From: Nitrospirota bacterium
GTDB lineage: Bacteria; Nitrospirota; Nitrospiria; 2-01-FULL-66-17
Direction of reading: 5' to 3'
NCBI GenBank assembly: GCA_049325335.1
Contig: JBMOMC010000001.1
Location: 352,001-416,000 of the forward strand
Length of the DNA: 64,000 bases
Positions 48,836 to 58,759 of this stretch are shown here, one piece after another. The notes beneath the pieces are model-generated. The model was not told the origin of the DNA. It did no database searches and saw only the letters and a program-made list of their open reading frames with translations. The translations under genes and the position numbers were made by a program. Position 1 is the stretch's first letter, and the number at the start of each line of letters is the position of its first letter.

Positions 48836-51190
48836 TCAGCTACATCGAGAATAGCCGCAGATACCACACTTCTCACACCCCTCTTCGAATTTGAGCTCAC
48901 AGCCACAATCAGGGCATGGAAACGCGACTTTCCCGGTCCGCCCCGCAACCAACACGGCCCCGGTATCGGAGTCCATCTCCAGGGCTGGGGCTTTTGACGA
49001 CAAGTAATCCGCCAAACTCTTGGCGATTGCGTCCGAACAGGACAGTACCCGATGCGGACCGATGCCCGTGGGTTTATCACACCGAATGCCGACCAACTGT
49101 TTGACGATAGCTCGCGGATCAGCGCCGGCGCGTAGGGCCAGGGAAATCAACCGACCGATGGCCTCATTAAACGAGGCCTCGCATCCTCCGGATTTCCCCA
49201 TCATGTTAAAGACCTCGAACGCGCGACCGGCTTCGTCCTGGTTCACCGTGACGTACAGATCCCCACACGAGGTCTTGGTCCGACTGGTGCATCCGGTCGT
49301 GGTGCGGGGACGCGGTTTCGGCATAATCAAGTTCGCGGCGCCGGGAGTGCCGCTTCCCGGAATCGCCGCGTTCACCGACGCCGGCCCCCCGCTGGATACG
49401 TCGGCGCCTTTTTCCGACTTCCCGACGTTGAGCACTTGTTCCTCTCGACTCCCGTCACGGTACACGGTAATACCCTTGCAACCCAACGTGTACGCCAACA
49501 AATACGCTTTCTTGACGTCTTCGACCGTGGCCTGCTCCGGCAAGTTGATGGTCTTGGACACCGCGCTATCGGTCCCGGCTTGAAACGCGGCCTGCATACG
49601 CACGTGCCACTCCGGAGCAATGTCATGCGACGTGGCGAACACTCGCTGCCATCGCTCAGGCACTTCGGACAGGCCTCGCGCGGACCCATGATTCTCTAGA
49701 ATGCGCTCAATCAACCCCTCGCGCCAAAACCCTTCGCGTTTGGCCACGTCGATAAAATCTTCGAGCACGTAGGGAAGGTGCTCGCCGTCCATCACGTTCT
49801 TGTACCAAATCAGGGAGAACTCGGGCTCACAGCCCCCGGAGGTGTCCGCGATCATGGAAATCGTGCCGGTCGGCGCAACCGTGGTGACGTAGGAATTTCG
49901 CAAGCGATACCCCTGCTTCTGATGGAGCGACCCCTCCCAATACGCGTAAGGGCCACGCTCATCAGCGAGCCGACGCGACTCGTCGTACCCGATGTCCCGG
50001 AAGAATTTCATGACCTGACGCCCCATCTCAACGCCCTCATTCGAATCATAGGCAATCCCGAGCTTAAACAACAATCTGGCAAACCCCATGATTCCCAGAC
50101 CGATCTTTCGATTCGCCTTGGTGATTTCCTCGATTTGAGGGATCGGATAGTTATTCATGTCGATCACGTTATCGAGAAACCGCACGCTGGAGCGAATGGT
50201 CTGCTCCAACCGCGACCAATCCACTTCCGTCCGCCCGTTCCGTTGGATCACGTGCCGCTCGACATTGATGCTGCCCAAGTTGCAGGACTCGTAGGGCAAC
50301 AAGGGCTGTTCCCCGCAGGGGTTGGTGGCTTCCATCGCCGCGACGTGCGGGGTGGGATTGGCTCGGTTGGTCACGTCAATAAAGAAGAGGCCGGGTTCAC
50401 CATTTCGCCACGCTGCAGTGGCGATCCGGTCAAACACGTCCCGCGCAGACAGTTGTCGAATCGGTTGGCCGGTACGGGGGCTGGTGAGATCGTAGTCGGT
50501 TCCACGCTCTACGGCCTCCATGAATCGATCCGTCATGGCCACGCTGATGTTGAAGTTCGTGATCTCCTTTGTATCGGTCTTGCACGCAATGAACTCCAAG
50601 ATATCCGGATGGTCCACGCGGAGAATGCCCATGTTCGCGCCCCGCCTGGTGCCGCCTTGTTTGACGGCTTCGGTGGCATGGTTGAAGACCTTCATGAACG
50701 AGACGGGCCCTGACGCAACCCCCCCGGTCGTGCGGACCACGTCGTCCTTGGGGCGCAACCGCGAAAACGAGAATCCGGTCCCGCCGCCGGTTTTGTGAAT
50801 GATCGCGGCCTGTTTGACCGTCTCAAAAATATCTTCCATGGAGTCGCCGACCGGCAACACAAAACACGCGGACAACTGCTGGAGTTCACGCCCGGCATTC
50901 ATCAAGGTCGGAGAGTTCGGCAGAAAATCCATCTCCGCCATGATCGCGTAGAAGCGTTCGTACGCCCGCTCGACCGCAACGTCCCCACCGCCATATCCGC
51001 GTTCGGCCTGGGCAATGTTTCGCGCCACGCGCTCGAACAATTCCTGCGGAGTCTCGACCGCGTGGCCCTGTTCGTCCTTGGCCAGGTAGCGCTTCTTCAG
51101 AACCTTGAGCGCGTTCACAGAAATCTGGGGGGTCGGATGCCCCGCTGAAGCCACCGTCGACCCACCGGTCACCTGGGCGTTTTCACTCAT
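48836..51190 (-). CDS. nrdJ: Adenosylcobalamin-dependent (class II) ribonucleotide reductase with C-terminal TSCPD domain and Zn ribbon
   Basis: FLPNSPTLMNAG, SACFV, RRGANMG, TNPCGEQPL, APTGTIS, SKTIN, KGITVYRDGSR; LSCSDAIA; CPDCG...CEKCGICGYSRCS. Confidence 0.95.
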   Translation of the reverse strand: MSENAQVTGGSTVASAGHPTPQISVNALKVLKKRYLAKDEQGHAVETPQELFERVARNIAQAERGYGGGDVAVERAYERFYAIMAEMDFLPNSPTLMNAGRELQQLSACFVLPVGDSMEDIFETVKQAAIIHKTGGGTGFSFSRLRPKDDVVRTTGGVASGPVSFMKVFNHATEAVKQGGTRRGANMGILRVDHPDILEFIACKTDTKEITNFNISVAMTDRFMEAVERGTDYDLTSPRTGQPIRQLSARDVFDRIATAAWRNGEPGLFFIDVTNRANPTPHVAAMEATNPCGEQPLLPYESCNLGSINVERHVIQRNGRTEVDWSRLEQTIRSSVRFLDNVIDMNNYPIPQIEEITKANRKIGLGIMGFARLLFKLGIAYDSNEGVEMGRQVMKFFRDIGYDESRRLADERGPYAYWEGSLHQKQGYRLRNSYVTTVAPTGTISMIADTSGGCEPEFSLIWYKNVMDGEHLPYVLEDFIDVAKREGFWREGLIERILENHGSARGLSEVPERWQRVFATSHDIAPEWHVRMQAAFQAGTDSAVSKTINLPEQATVEDVKKAYLLAYTLGCKGITVYRDGSREEQVLNVGKSEKGADVSSGGPASVNAAIPGSGTPGAANLIMPKPRPRTTTGCTSRTKTSCGDLYVTVNQDEAGRAFEVFNMMGKSGGCEASFNEAIGRLISLALRAGADPRAIVKQLVGIRCDKPTGIGPHRVLSCSDAIAKSLADYLSSKAPALEMDSDTGAVLVAGRTGKVAFPCPDCGCELKFEEGCEKCGICGYSRCS

Positions 51191-51315
51191 GCCGAAACCC
51201 TCCTTGGTTGAATGCGGTGGAAATCACTTCTTTTATAAAAAATGCCCTGAACACTGGAGAGAATAGTGACGTGACAAGTGCAGACCGCATCGCGCTCCGC
51301 CAAATGCGAGGGGCG

Positions 51316-51344
51316 ATCCTACTCCGTCACAATCATCGTGTCAA
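51316..51344 (-). promoter_or_regulatory. Sigma70-like nrdJ promoter
   Basis: Minus strand TTGACA-N17-TAGGAT. Confidence 0.7.
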
Positions 51345-51351
51345 GCAAAAA

Positions 51352-51398
51352 ACACAATATCATGGGCCATACAGTTTTTCTAGCCCTAGATATTGTGG
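51352..51398. promoter_or_regulatory. Tandem NrdR boxes
   Basis: ACACAATATCATGGGC (51352-51367) and GCCCTAGATATTGTGG (51383-51398), starts 31 bp apart; consensus acaCwAtATaTwGtgt. Confidence 0.8.
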
Positions 51399-51455
51399 AT
51401 ACTGCTGTTCGTTGACTGGAGACTGCTGTTGATAGCGTGTGGACCGTGCGCTGAG

Positions 51456-53255
51456 TTATTGGAGTGTCACCACGAGGTCATAGGAGCCCAATACCCCTGC
51501 CGACGGATTCCTCGCAGGCCCAGCGGACATGACTTTAACGTAATAGACCCCAGGGGTTAATGAGAGAGGTCCCACTGTTGACGAAAAATTGACGCCGTTA
51601 TTGATGCCGGCCATGTAGACAGGAGGAGTTGGTCGCTCTCGGTTTCCACAGCCGGTCCGTTCAAATCCGCGGAGCGACTCCCGCGGAGTCGCTGTCGCGT
51701 CCTCCCCACTCACGAGCACTCCCTGTTCATTCAGAAGCTCTACCACAGTATCCGCGCCATTGGACAGGTTGAAGGTTTCAATTTTTACGGTGCCCGCCGT
51801 GGCAACACTGAACCGGACATGGTCCACATCCCCTTCAGGAAACAACGTGTGGCAGGTCACTTCGCCGAACGCCACGGGCGGCGCGTTGACGGTCGGCGCA
51901 TTATCTCGCGTTTCGTACTGGTCCGGCACGAACTGCATCCTCCGCAAACCCCCGGTGGACGCCAGACTCAGCGGCCCAATCGATCGGGCAAAGTAGTCCT
52001 CAAATGTTTCCAGTGAGACGTTTGCCGGCGCCGCGATCATCCGCTCGAACACATCCCACACGCCCTCGAGCCCCATCGCAAAGCGATCACCGGGTTCGTT
52101 CGATCCGTCGTACAGGTCCCAGAGCACCGCCGCCACCGCCACTTCACTGGTCGTGTAGACCCCGTGGGTCTCCAACGGCGTCCCGATCGTGGTTAAGAGA
52201 TCCGAATGCGGCGTCTCAATCTCAAAGGAGTAGCTATCGGGATGGTCTGGATGATCGGGATCACCGCCTCGCGAATTGACCATATAACTACTGCGCGGCA
52301 GTCGTTCCCGGTCCCGCACCGCCGCCGAGAAAAACGTGGCCCACCCTTCGGACCAGGCCAGCCGAATGTCCTGGGCATTGTCGTTTAAATAGTGCGGGCC
52401 ACCGGCTTCAGCGGCTTTCGAAAAACTGTACGACATAAAGTGGCCGAATTCATGGAGGATGACGTCATCATCGTATTCATCGTGATCCCCCTCATCCGGC
52501 CCTCCGCCCTCTCCGCCGGACAACTCGATGCCCGCCAGCGCCTGCGACGTCGCGGTCGGATCATCCGCCACAAAGTAGGTCCCCACGGTCCCGCTGCCGA
52601 ACGCAGTCCCCGGCGTCCACCCCAGGACCAGTTCGGCGGTGGGCGGACGACCGGCCATGGCCACCGCGGCCTCGGCGCCGCGAACCGCTACGTCCAAAAT
52701 ATTAAACGCGCCCGCGATCGGGAAATCCACCCGCCCGGCCAACTGTGCGGTGACTGGGACGGCCATGTCGCGGTCGAACACGCCGGGTACCGTGCCGTTA
52801 AACTCCCCCCCGGCCCAGCTATACAGGCTCCACTGCGGACTCTGAATGTCGTCGACCACCGCAAGATTGAATCGTTTTGGGTCGGTCCTTGATACCACAC
52901 GAGGATACACGGTCGGGAAATCGGCCGGGACATTCCTCACCTGCATACAGTAGTTGCCGTTGACATCGGTGTACCCTGACGAGACGACGTGGCCGTCGAT
53001 CGCGAGGACGACTTCCACCTTCGCGTACCGGATCGGCCTGACATCTCGCGCTCCGGTTAGTCCCTGCTGGTTGTAGAGTCGTTTGACGAAGGTCGCCTTC
53101 CCGCCGAGCATGACCCCGTCCCCGCGGCAAATCAGCTCCGTGGTCGGGGTCCCTCCTCCGGGGCTCCCGCAGCCGGTCAGTATGGCGACGACGCAGACCG
53201 CAACCCGGGCGCCGAGCGGCTTACCGCGGGTCTCGAAATTCAATAACCGGTTCAC
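51456..53255 (-). CDS. Putative lipoprotein zinc metallopeptidase (gluzincin-type HEXXH + E) with C-terminal PPC-like domain
   Basis: Lipobox ILTGC; VILHEFGHF...LAWSEGWATF; PDQYE...GDVDHVRF...ADTVVELL...LTPGVYYVKV. Start uncertain (53243-53309). Confidence 0.7.
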   Translation of the reverse strand: MNRLLNFETRGKPLGARVAVCVVAILTGCGSPGGGTPTTELICRGDGVMLGGKATFVKRLYNQQGLTGARDVRPIRYAKVEVVLAIDGHVVSSGYTDVNGNYCMQVRNVPADFPTVYPRVVSRTDPKRFNLAVVDDIQSPQWSLYSWAGGEFNGTVPGVFDRDMAVPVTAQLAGRVDFPIAGAFNILDVAVRGAEAAVAMAGRPPTAELVLGWTPGTAFGSGTVGTYFVADDPTATSQALAGIELSGGEGGGPDEGDHDEYDDDVILHEFGHFMSYSFSKAAEAGGPHYLNDNAQDIRLAWSEGWATFFSAAVRDRERLPRSSYMVNSRGGDPDHPDHPDSYSFEIETPHSDLLTTIGTPLETHGVYTTSEVAVAAVLWDLYDGSNEPGDRFAMGLEGVWDVFERMIAAPANVSLETFEDYFARSIGPLSLASTGGLRRMQFVPDQYETRDNAPTVNAPPVAFGEVTCHTLFPEGDVDHVRFSVATAGTVKIETFNLSNGADTVVELLNEQGVLVSGEDATATPRESLRGFERTGCGNRERPTPPVYMAGINNGVNFSSTVGPLSLTPGVYYVKVMSAGPARNPSAGVLGSYDLVVTLQ

Positions 53256-53754
53256 CGGAGAGGGTTTTCTTGGGAGGCGCGAGGCCAAGGCTCTGCTTGG
53301 ATCGTCCATCCAAATTCAGCGACAGCGACCGCATGTCTCCCAGCACGGTCCCGTCGGGAAACTCGATCCGCGCGCGCCCCCGGATGACGGCCGGTGCGGC
53401 GCGGCGCGGGCGTACGGTCACGGTCAGAACCCGGCTCTCGTGCGCCTGTGCCGCCCCGGTCCACGTGAGATCACCCGCCACAAGGTCCACCTGGTCCGGC
53501 AACGTGATGCTCAGGGACAGGCGTTCCGCGTTGATCGCGGGGGTGGCGGTCAGCGTGACCGTGAGATCGACGTCCACCGCCGCGGAGCCGGACGATTCCA
53601 GCGCCACGGAAATCGGCACCGACGGCATGGTCGCGCGAGCAACGCCGGAACCCGCGGCGTATACCAGGAGCACGATACCAACCACGACGCTCCGCTGAGC
53701 GTACGGGAGGCTCCGCGGCCCCCTTCGACGTTCGGCAGTCTTGTCCACAACCAT
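53221..53754 (-). CDS. Exported beta-sandwich (Ig-like) protein
   Basis: Signal peptide ending ARA; beta-strand pattern (LSITLPDQVDLVAGDLTW); GGGAGG RBS. Confidence 0.6.
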   Translation of the reverse strand: MVVDKTAERRRGPRSLPYAQRSVVVGIVLLVYAAGSGVARATMPSVPISVALESSGSAAVDVDLTVTLTATPAINAERLSLSITLPDQVDLVAGDLTWTGAAQAHESRVLTVTVRPRRAAPAVIRGRARIEFPDGTVLGDMRSLSLNLDGRSKQSLGLAPPKKTLSGEPVIEFRDPR

Positions 53755-53904
53755 CTAGACCCCTCCCTTTTGCCGTTTATTCAGGCCTATTGGCCCGCTC
53801 CGACCTCAAACCCGCCGTATTTTGCGGCCCCGCGTTCGGCCGCAGTATATCCCAGGCGCGCCGTTGACTTCACCGGAAGACTTCTCATAAGCTGAAGCCA
53901 TCTC

Positions 53905-55794
53905 ATGGCCGTCCATCCTCCGCTCGGACGCCACCGCTTGGTCCGCCGGTTGGTCCTGCCGTATGCCTTGTTGATTATCGGCACCTTGGCGGTGAGCGGG
54001 TGGTTCTTCTACGGCGCGGCGCAAGACGCGCTGGACCAAGAACTCACCAAACGACTCCTGACCGTGGCGCAAACCGTTCGATCCACGATTAACCCCCGGT
54101 ATCTCATGCAGATGCGTCCCGGCAGCGAGGGCACCACGTTGTATGCGCTGTTGTTGGCCGACCTCCAACGCGTGCAGCACGCCGCCAACGCCAGCCACAT
54201 TTTCGTCTTGGACGACCAGCACCGGATGTTGTTGGACGCCAACGAACGCACGCCGATCGGACGTGAATACCTCCTGGTCAAACTGGACACACCAGAATGG
54301 ACTGACGTGTGGCGCGGCCGGTCCGCCGCCTCTCGCCTCTATCGCGGTCAGGACAGCCGATATTATAAGTCCGGTTATGCCCCGTTGCTGGACCAAAACG
54401 GGTCGGCGGTCGCGGTGGTCGGCGTGGAAGCGGGCGCGGATTTCTTTGACGCGCTGTCGGTCACCAAGCGTCAGGTCGCGTGGACCGTGGCCGGCAGTCT
54501 GCTGATCCTTCTGTCCATCGGCTGGTGGTTGTCCCGCTCGATTCTCCGACCGCTGACGGTCCTGGTCTCGGCCATGGACCGGGTGGGCCAAGGCGAGGCC
54601 CCCGCCAAAATCGAGAGTCTGAAACACGACGAAATCGGCTACCTCGGCCGTCGGTTCAATGAAATGGTCGATGCCTTGGCTGAAAAAGACCGCCTGCTGA
54701 CCGAGCTCTACCAACACGAACGACAACGCGCCGACCGACACCGCGGATACAGCGACTTTCTCCTGCGCAGCATGACGACCGGCGTGATCGGCGTGGACTT
54801 CGCGGGTCGGTTGACCAGCGTGAACCCGGCGGCGCTGGATATCCTCGATCTCTCGATCGAGGAAACCGGCGCCGCGCTCGACGCGGTGTTGGAACCCGAT
54901 CATCCGATCATGCGGATCTTGGACGAGACGCTCGCCGGTCAGCCCGCGCAGGCCAGACAGGAACTCCACATCCAGACGCGAACCGGACGTTCAAAGTGGG
55001 TCGGGGTCCACACCGCGCCGTTGCACGACCTGGACGGGATGTTGATCGGCGCGTCGGCCTTGCTGACCGATGTCACCGCGGTCCGAAAACTCCAAGACGA
55101 GATCAGGAGAAAAGACCGGTTGGCGGCCATCGGCCAGTTGAGCGCCGGCATCGCGCACGAAATTCGCAACCCGCTGGCCGCCATCGAGGGGTTTTCCGAA
55201 CTGTTGGCGCGCCGAGTCCCGGACGAAGGCGCCCGCGTGCTGCTGGACGAGATCGTCCAGGAAGTCCGCCATCTCAATCGGATCGTCTCGGACTTTCTCA
55301 CCTTCGCGCGCGAACCGCAACTGCACTGCGAGCCGACGGACGTGGGCCAACTCGTCGACGGGACCTTAAGCTTGCTGCTCTCCACGCACGCAAAACCCAT
55401 CACGCTGGCCGGCAATCTTCCCCAACACCTGCCGCCGGTGGCGTTGGACCCGAATGAATTCCGGCGCGTGCTCGTCAACATCCTCCGGAACGCGTTGGAG
55501 GCCATGCCCGATGGCGGCACGTTGCACGTCTCGGCCGATCTCTCCGACGAGTGGTTGACCGTGACGATCCGGGACAGCGGTCCCGGCATCCCCGAACACG
55601 TCAAAGAACAGATCTTCACGCCGTTCTTTACCACGAAAGACGAAGGCACGGGCTTGGGCTTGGCGATCGCCCACAAAATCATCGAAGGACACCGCGGCAT
55701 CATCGATGTGGAGAGTACGCCCGGCGTCGGGTCGGCCTTCACCATCCGCATTCCCGTGGAAAGGGTTCCCCATGAAACGCATTCTCATCGTTGA
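53905..55794 (+). CDS. Membrane sensor histidine kinase (periplasmic sensor, HAMP, PAS, HisKA, HATPase)
   Basis: Two TM helices; DEIGYLGRRFNEM; AGIAHEIRNPL; NILRNALEA; DSGPGI; PFFTTK; GTGLGL. Confidence 0.95.
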   Translation: MAVHPPLGRHRLVRRLVLPYALLIIGTLAVSGWFFYGAAQDALDQELTKRLLTVAQTVRSTINPRYLMQMRPGSEGTTLYALLLADLQRVQHAANASHIFVLDDQHRMLLDANERTPIGREYLLVKLDTPEWTDVWRGRSAASRLYRGQDSRYYKSGYAPLLDQNGSAVAVVGVEAGADFFDALSVTKRQVAWTVAGSLLILLSIGWWLSRSILRPLTVLVSAMDRVGQGEAPAKIESLKHDEIGYLGRRFNEMVDALAEKDRLLTELYQHERQRADRHRGYSDFLLRSMTTGVIGVDFAGRLTSVNPAALDILDLSIEETGAALDAVLEPDHPIMRILDETLAGQPAQARQELHIQTRTGRSKWVGVHTAPLHDLDGMLIGASALLTDVTAVRKLQDEIRRKDRLAAIGQLSAGIAHEIRNPLAAIEGFSELLARRVPDEGARVLLDEIVQEVRHLNRIVSDFLTFAREPQLHCEPTDVGQLVDGTLSLLLSTHAKPITLAGNLPQHLPPVALDPNEFRRVLVNILRNALEAMPDGGTLHVSADLSDEWLTVTIRDSGPGIPEHVKEQIFTPFFTTKDEGTGLGLAIAHKIIEGHRGIIDVESTPGVGSAFTIRIPVERVPHETHSHR

Positions 55795-57121
55795 CGACAA
55801 AGCCTCCATGCGCCACATGCTCCGGCAGGTCTTTCAAGTCCCGGGCTTCGAGGTGGTGGAGGCCGGAGACGGGGATGACGCCTTAACCAGACTCCGCGAG
55901 GGCTCGATCGACCTGGTTATTACCGACGTCAAAATGCCCAAAGCCGACGGGCTCACCGTGCTCAAAGAGTGTCGGACCGTGTTGCCGCGAACCCCCGTGA
56001 TCGTCATGACCGCGTACGGCACGATCGAGCAAGCCGTGGAAACGATTCGACAAGGCGCGTTCGATTACATCGTGAAACCCTTCTCTATCAGCGAGATCGA
56101 GCTGAAAGCGCAACGCGCGTTCGATCAGGCGCGCCTGTTGTCGGAAAACGACTATTTAAAGGAAACCATCTCGCGCCAAGTCGGCCGCATGATCGGACGC
56201 AGCGAGAAAATGCAGCAGGTCTACCGATTGATCCGCAAGGTCGCGACCGGTTCTCCCTCGGTCCTGATTTTGGGCGAAAGCGGAACCGGCAAAGAACTCG
56301 TGGCCCGGGAAATCCACCAGCAGAGTCCGCGCGCCGCGCAACCGTTCATCGCGGTCAATTGCGCGGCCCTCTCCGAAGGGTTGCTCGAAAGCGAGCTGTT
56401 CGGCCACGAACGCGGCGCCTTTACTGGCGCGTTGTTTCAAAAAAAAGGCCGATTCGAACTCGCGGACCGGGGCACGTTATTCCTCGATGAGATCGCGGAA
56501 CTCTCGCCCGCGCTTCAAGTCAAACTCCTTCGGGTGCTGCAGGAGAAGACCTTCGAGCGGGTCGGCGGCACCAAGACGCTGACCGCCGACGTCCGCATCT
56601 TGGCCGCGACCAACCGCGAGATCCGCCGGGAAATCGCGGAGCGCCGGTTTCGGGAAGATCTCTATTTTCGTTTGAACGTCGTCACCATCGCGCTGCCGCC
56701 GCTGCGAGAGCGGCTCGACGACATCCCCGAACTCGTGGAATACTTTCTCGCGCGCTATGCGACCGCGCTGCACAAACCGGTCACCCTTGCGCCGGAAGTG
56801 CTCACGGCCCTCATGTCCTACGCATGGCCGGGCAATATCCGTGAGCTGGAAAACCTGATCGAGCGACTCGTGGTGTTGGCCGAAGGTGACCGCATTGAAT
56901 ACGCGGACCTTCCGGCCGAACTCTTCGGGACCGCGCCGCAACCGCCCTCAACCGACGGCCTCTCCGATCGGATCAATCAACTCGAACGGGAAATGATCCG
57001 TCGCACCATCGAAGAGTGCGGGCACAACCAGACGCGGGCCGCGAAACTGTTGGGCCTCAAACGCAGCTCGCTCCAATACAAGCTCAAAAAATACGGCCTC
57101 CACTCCTCCCCGGCTTCGTAG
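55772..57121 (+). CDS. Sigma54-dependent response regulator (NtrC/AtoC/ZraR family)
   Basis: Receiver ILIVDD...ITDVKMP; GESGTGKEL, ESELFGHERGAFTGA, WPGNIREL; C-terminal Fis HTH. Confidence 0.95.
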   Translation: MKRILIVDDKASMRHMLRQVFQVPGFEVVEAGDGDDALTRLREGSIDLVITDVKMPKADGLTVLKECRTVLPRTPVIVMTAYGTIEQAVETIRQGAFDYIVKPFSISEIELKAQRAFDQARLLSENDYLKETISRQVGRMIGRSEKMQQVYRLIRKVATGSPSVLILGESGTGKELVAREIHQQSPRAAQPFIAVNCAALSEGLLESELFGHERGAFTGALFQKKGRFELADRGTLFLDEIAELSPALQVKLLRVLQEKTFERVGGTKTLTADVRILAATNREIRREIAERRFREDLYFRLNVVTIALPPLRERLDDIPELVEYFLARYATALHKPVTLAPEVLTALMSYAWPGNIRELENLIERLVVLAEGDRIEYADLPAELFGTAPQPPSTDGLSDRINQLEREMIRRTIEECGHNQTRAAKLLGLKRSSLQYKLKKYGLHSSPAS

Positions 57122-57204
57122 CCATGGCCCTGTCCGAACACGACCCGCCCCAGCGCCAAGGACGTTCCTTGACAGCGGACCCGGCTCGCGCGACAATTTT
57201 TCGC

Positions 57205-57546
57205 ATGCGGCGTCCTCACCAGCTCGGAAATCTGGTGATCTTCGTCACGACCCTTGGCGGCCTGGCCGTGCCATCCCCAGTGATGGCGGCCGGAGACGCT
57301 GCGCGGGGCAAGACCATTTACGAAAAAAACTGCCTGGGTTGCCACGGCCGGACCGGACACGGCGTGGGCGGGGCCACCCCCAACCTCGCGGATCCCGACC
57401 GGATGTCGGCCCTGACCGACCAACATCTCTACCAGACCGTGACCCAAGGCCGGCCAGGAACCGGCATGCCGTCGTGGAGCACGGTCCTGAGCGACCAAGA
57501 CCGCTGGCACGTGGTCGCCTACGTGCGCACCCTGTCCGCTCGTTAG
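57205..57546 (+). CDS. Monoheme class I cytochrome c
   Basis: Signal peptide; GDAARGKTIYEKNCLGCHG (CxxCH); GRPGTGMPSW (Met ligand). Confidence 0.88.
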   Translation: MRRPHQLGNLVIFVTTLGGLAVPSPVMAAGDAARGKTIYEKNCLGCHGRTGHGVGGATPNLADPDRMSALTDQHLYQTVTQGRPGTGMPSWSTVLSDQDRWHVVAYVRTLSAR

Positions 57547-57627
57547 ACCAGGAGCGCGGAGCCGTTTGACAAGCCAAAAGCCGAATGCTAGCTTAACGTC
57601 CGTCCGACTGTTGTGTGGTATCCGAAC

Positions 57628-58641
57628 ATGAGCACATCCCGACTTCTGGTAATCGACCATGATTCCGCGGTGCAGCAGGCCGTCGAATCCGCCCTCAATC
57701 CCGAAGGCTTTGATGTGACGGCGGTTGCGGATGGATTGAGCGCGTTGGATCTGGCCCTGGCGAGCCCGCCGGACGTGATCTTGGCGGAATACCGGATGGA
57801 GGGCGTGAATGTTTTTCGCTTCATCGAAAAACTCAAACATAAAAGCGCGCTGAACGGCGTTGCGTTGCTCCTGCTGGTCAATCCGGCGGACACGTACGAC
57901 GAACTGACCCTGCGGTTGGTCGGCGTCACCGAGTTTCTCCGCAAACCCCTGAACCCCAAGGAATTGCTGGATCGCGTCAAGCGGTATCGGCCGTTTGCAA
58001 TTCCCGTCCCGGCAGCCCCGGCGGCCATGAACACGGTGCACTCGGAGCCCCAACCGGTCGAGGATTTGCTGGGCTGGTCGCAGGACGCGTCCCCCTCGCC
58101 GTTTTCAGAGTTGTCGCAGGATCAGTCGACGGGTCTGGATTTCGGCCTGGCCCCGCCCGACCAATCGGCGTCAGCGGCCGGTTCCGCTGATGCCACCGAG
58201 TTCTTGGAACGCAATGAGGTCACCCCGAGCGAACATCCCGCGGCGGTGAGCGACACGGAACAAGCCTTTGCGGACCTCGCGCAGGGCGCGTTGGCCGCGC
58301 CGGAACCGGCGTTCGCCGATCCGACGGACTCCCTGTTTCCGCAGGCGGAATCTCCTCGGCCGGCATCGGCCCCCGTGCCCGACACGGCGCACCGCCCGGC
58401 GGAGCATACCGGGAACGGATCACTGCCGGTCCAACCCGAGGTGATCGAGCGCCTTGCGCACGACGTGGCGCAGCAGGCGGTTGAACGGGTGGCGTGGGAC
58501 GTGGTGCCCGACCTCGCGAAGCAATCGCTGGAGCGCATCGTGACCGCGGTGGTCGAACGCGTGGTGTGGGACGTGGTGCCCGCCATCGCCGAAGCCGCCG
58601 TCAAACAGGAAATCGAGCGCCTCACCCGGGATAACGGGTAA
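57628..58641 (+). CDS. RomR-like protein: atypical receiver + acidic Pro-rich linker + duplicated C-terminal ERVxWDVVP motif
   Basis: Receiver has PDVILAEY (Glu at the phospho-Asp position); low-complexity linker; VERVAWDVVPDLA...VERVVWDVVPAIAEAAVKQEIERL; upstream of valS. Confidence 0.75.
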   Translation: MSTSRLLVIDHDSAVQQAVESALNPEGFDVTAVADGLSALDLALASPPDVILAEYRMEGVNVFRFIEKLKHKSALNGVALLLLVNPADTYDELTLRLVGVTEFLRKPLNPKELLDRVKRYRPFAIPVPAAPAAMNTVHSEPQPVEDLLGWSQDASPSPFSELSQDQSTGLDFGLAPPDQSASAAGSADATEFLERNEVTPSEHPAAVSDTEQAFADLAQGALAAPEPAFADPTDSLFPQAESPRPASAPVPDTAHRPAEHTGNGSLPVQPEVIERLAHDVAQQAVERVAWDVVPDLAKQSLERIVTAVVERVVWDVVPAIAEAAVKQEIERLTRDNG

Positions 58642-58759
58642 CGCACCCGCACATTCCGCTCTCCACATGCATCCCTAACGGGAATTTCCCGCCCGTCGTT
58701 TTCTTTACAAGCTTTGCGGCGCGATGGTATGATGGCCGCGATTTCGCCCCCGCAGAGTC

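Noticed and set aside
51191..51455. Cobalamin riboswitch upstream of nrdJ
   Set aside because: No B12-box or conserved core seen; the region is explained by a promoter and NrdR boxes.
58642..58759. T-box upstream of valS
   Set aside because: A promoter (TTTACA-N18-TATGAT, 58704-58733) lies only about 26 nt before the start, and there is no T-box consensus.
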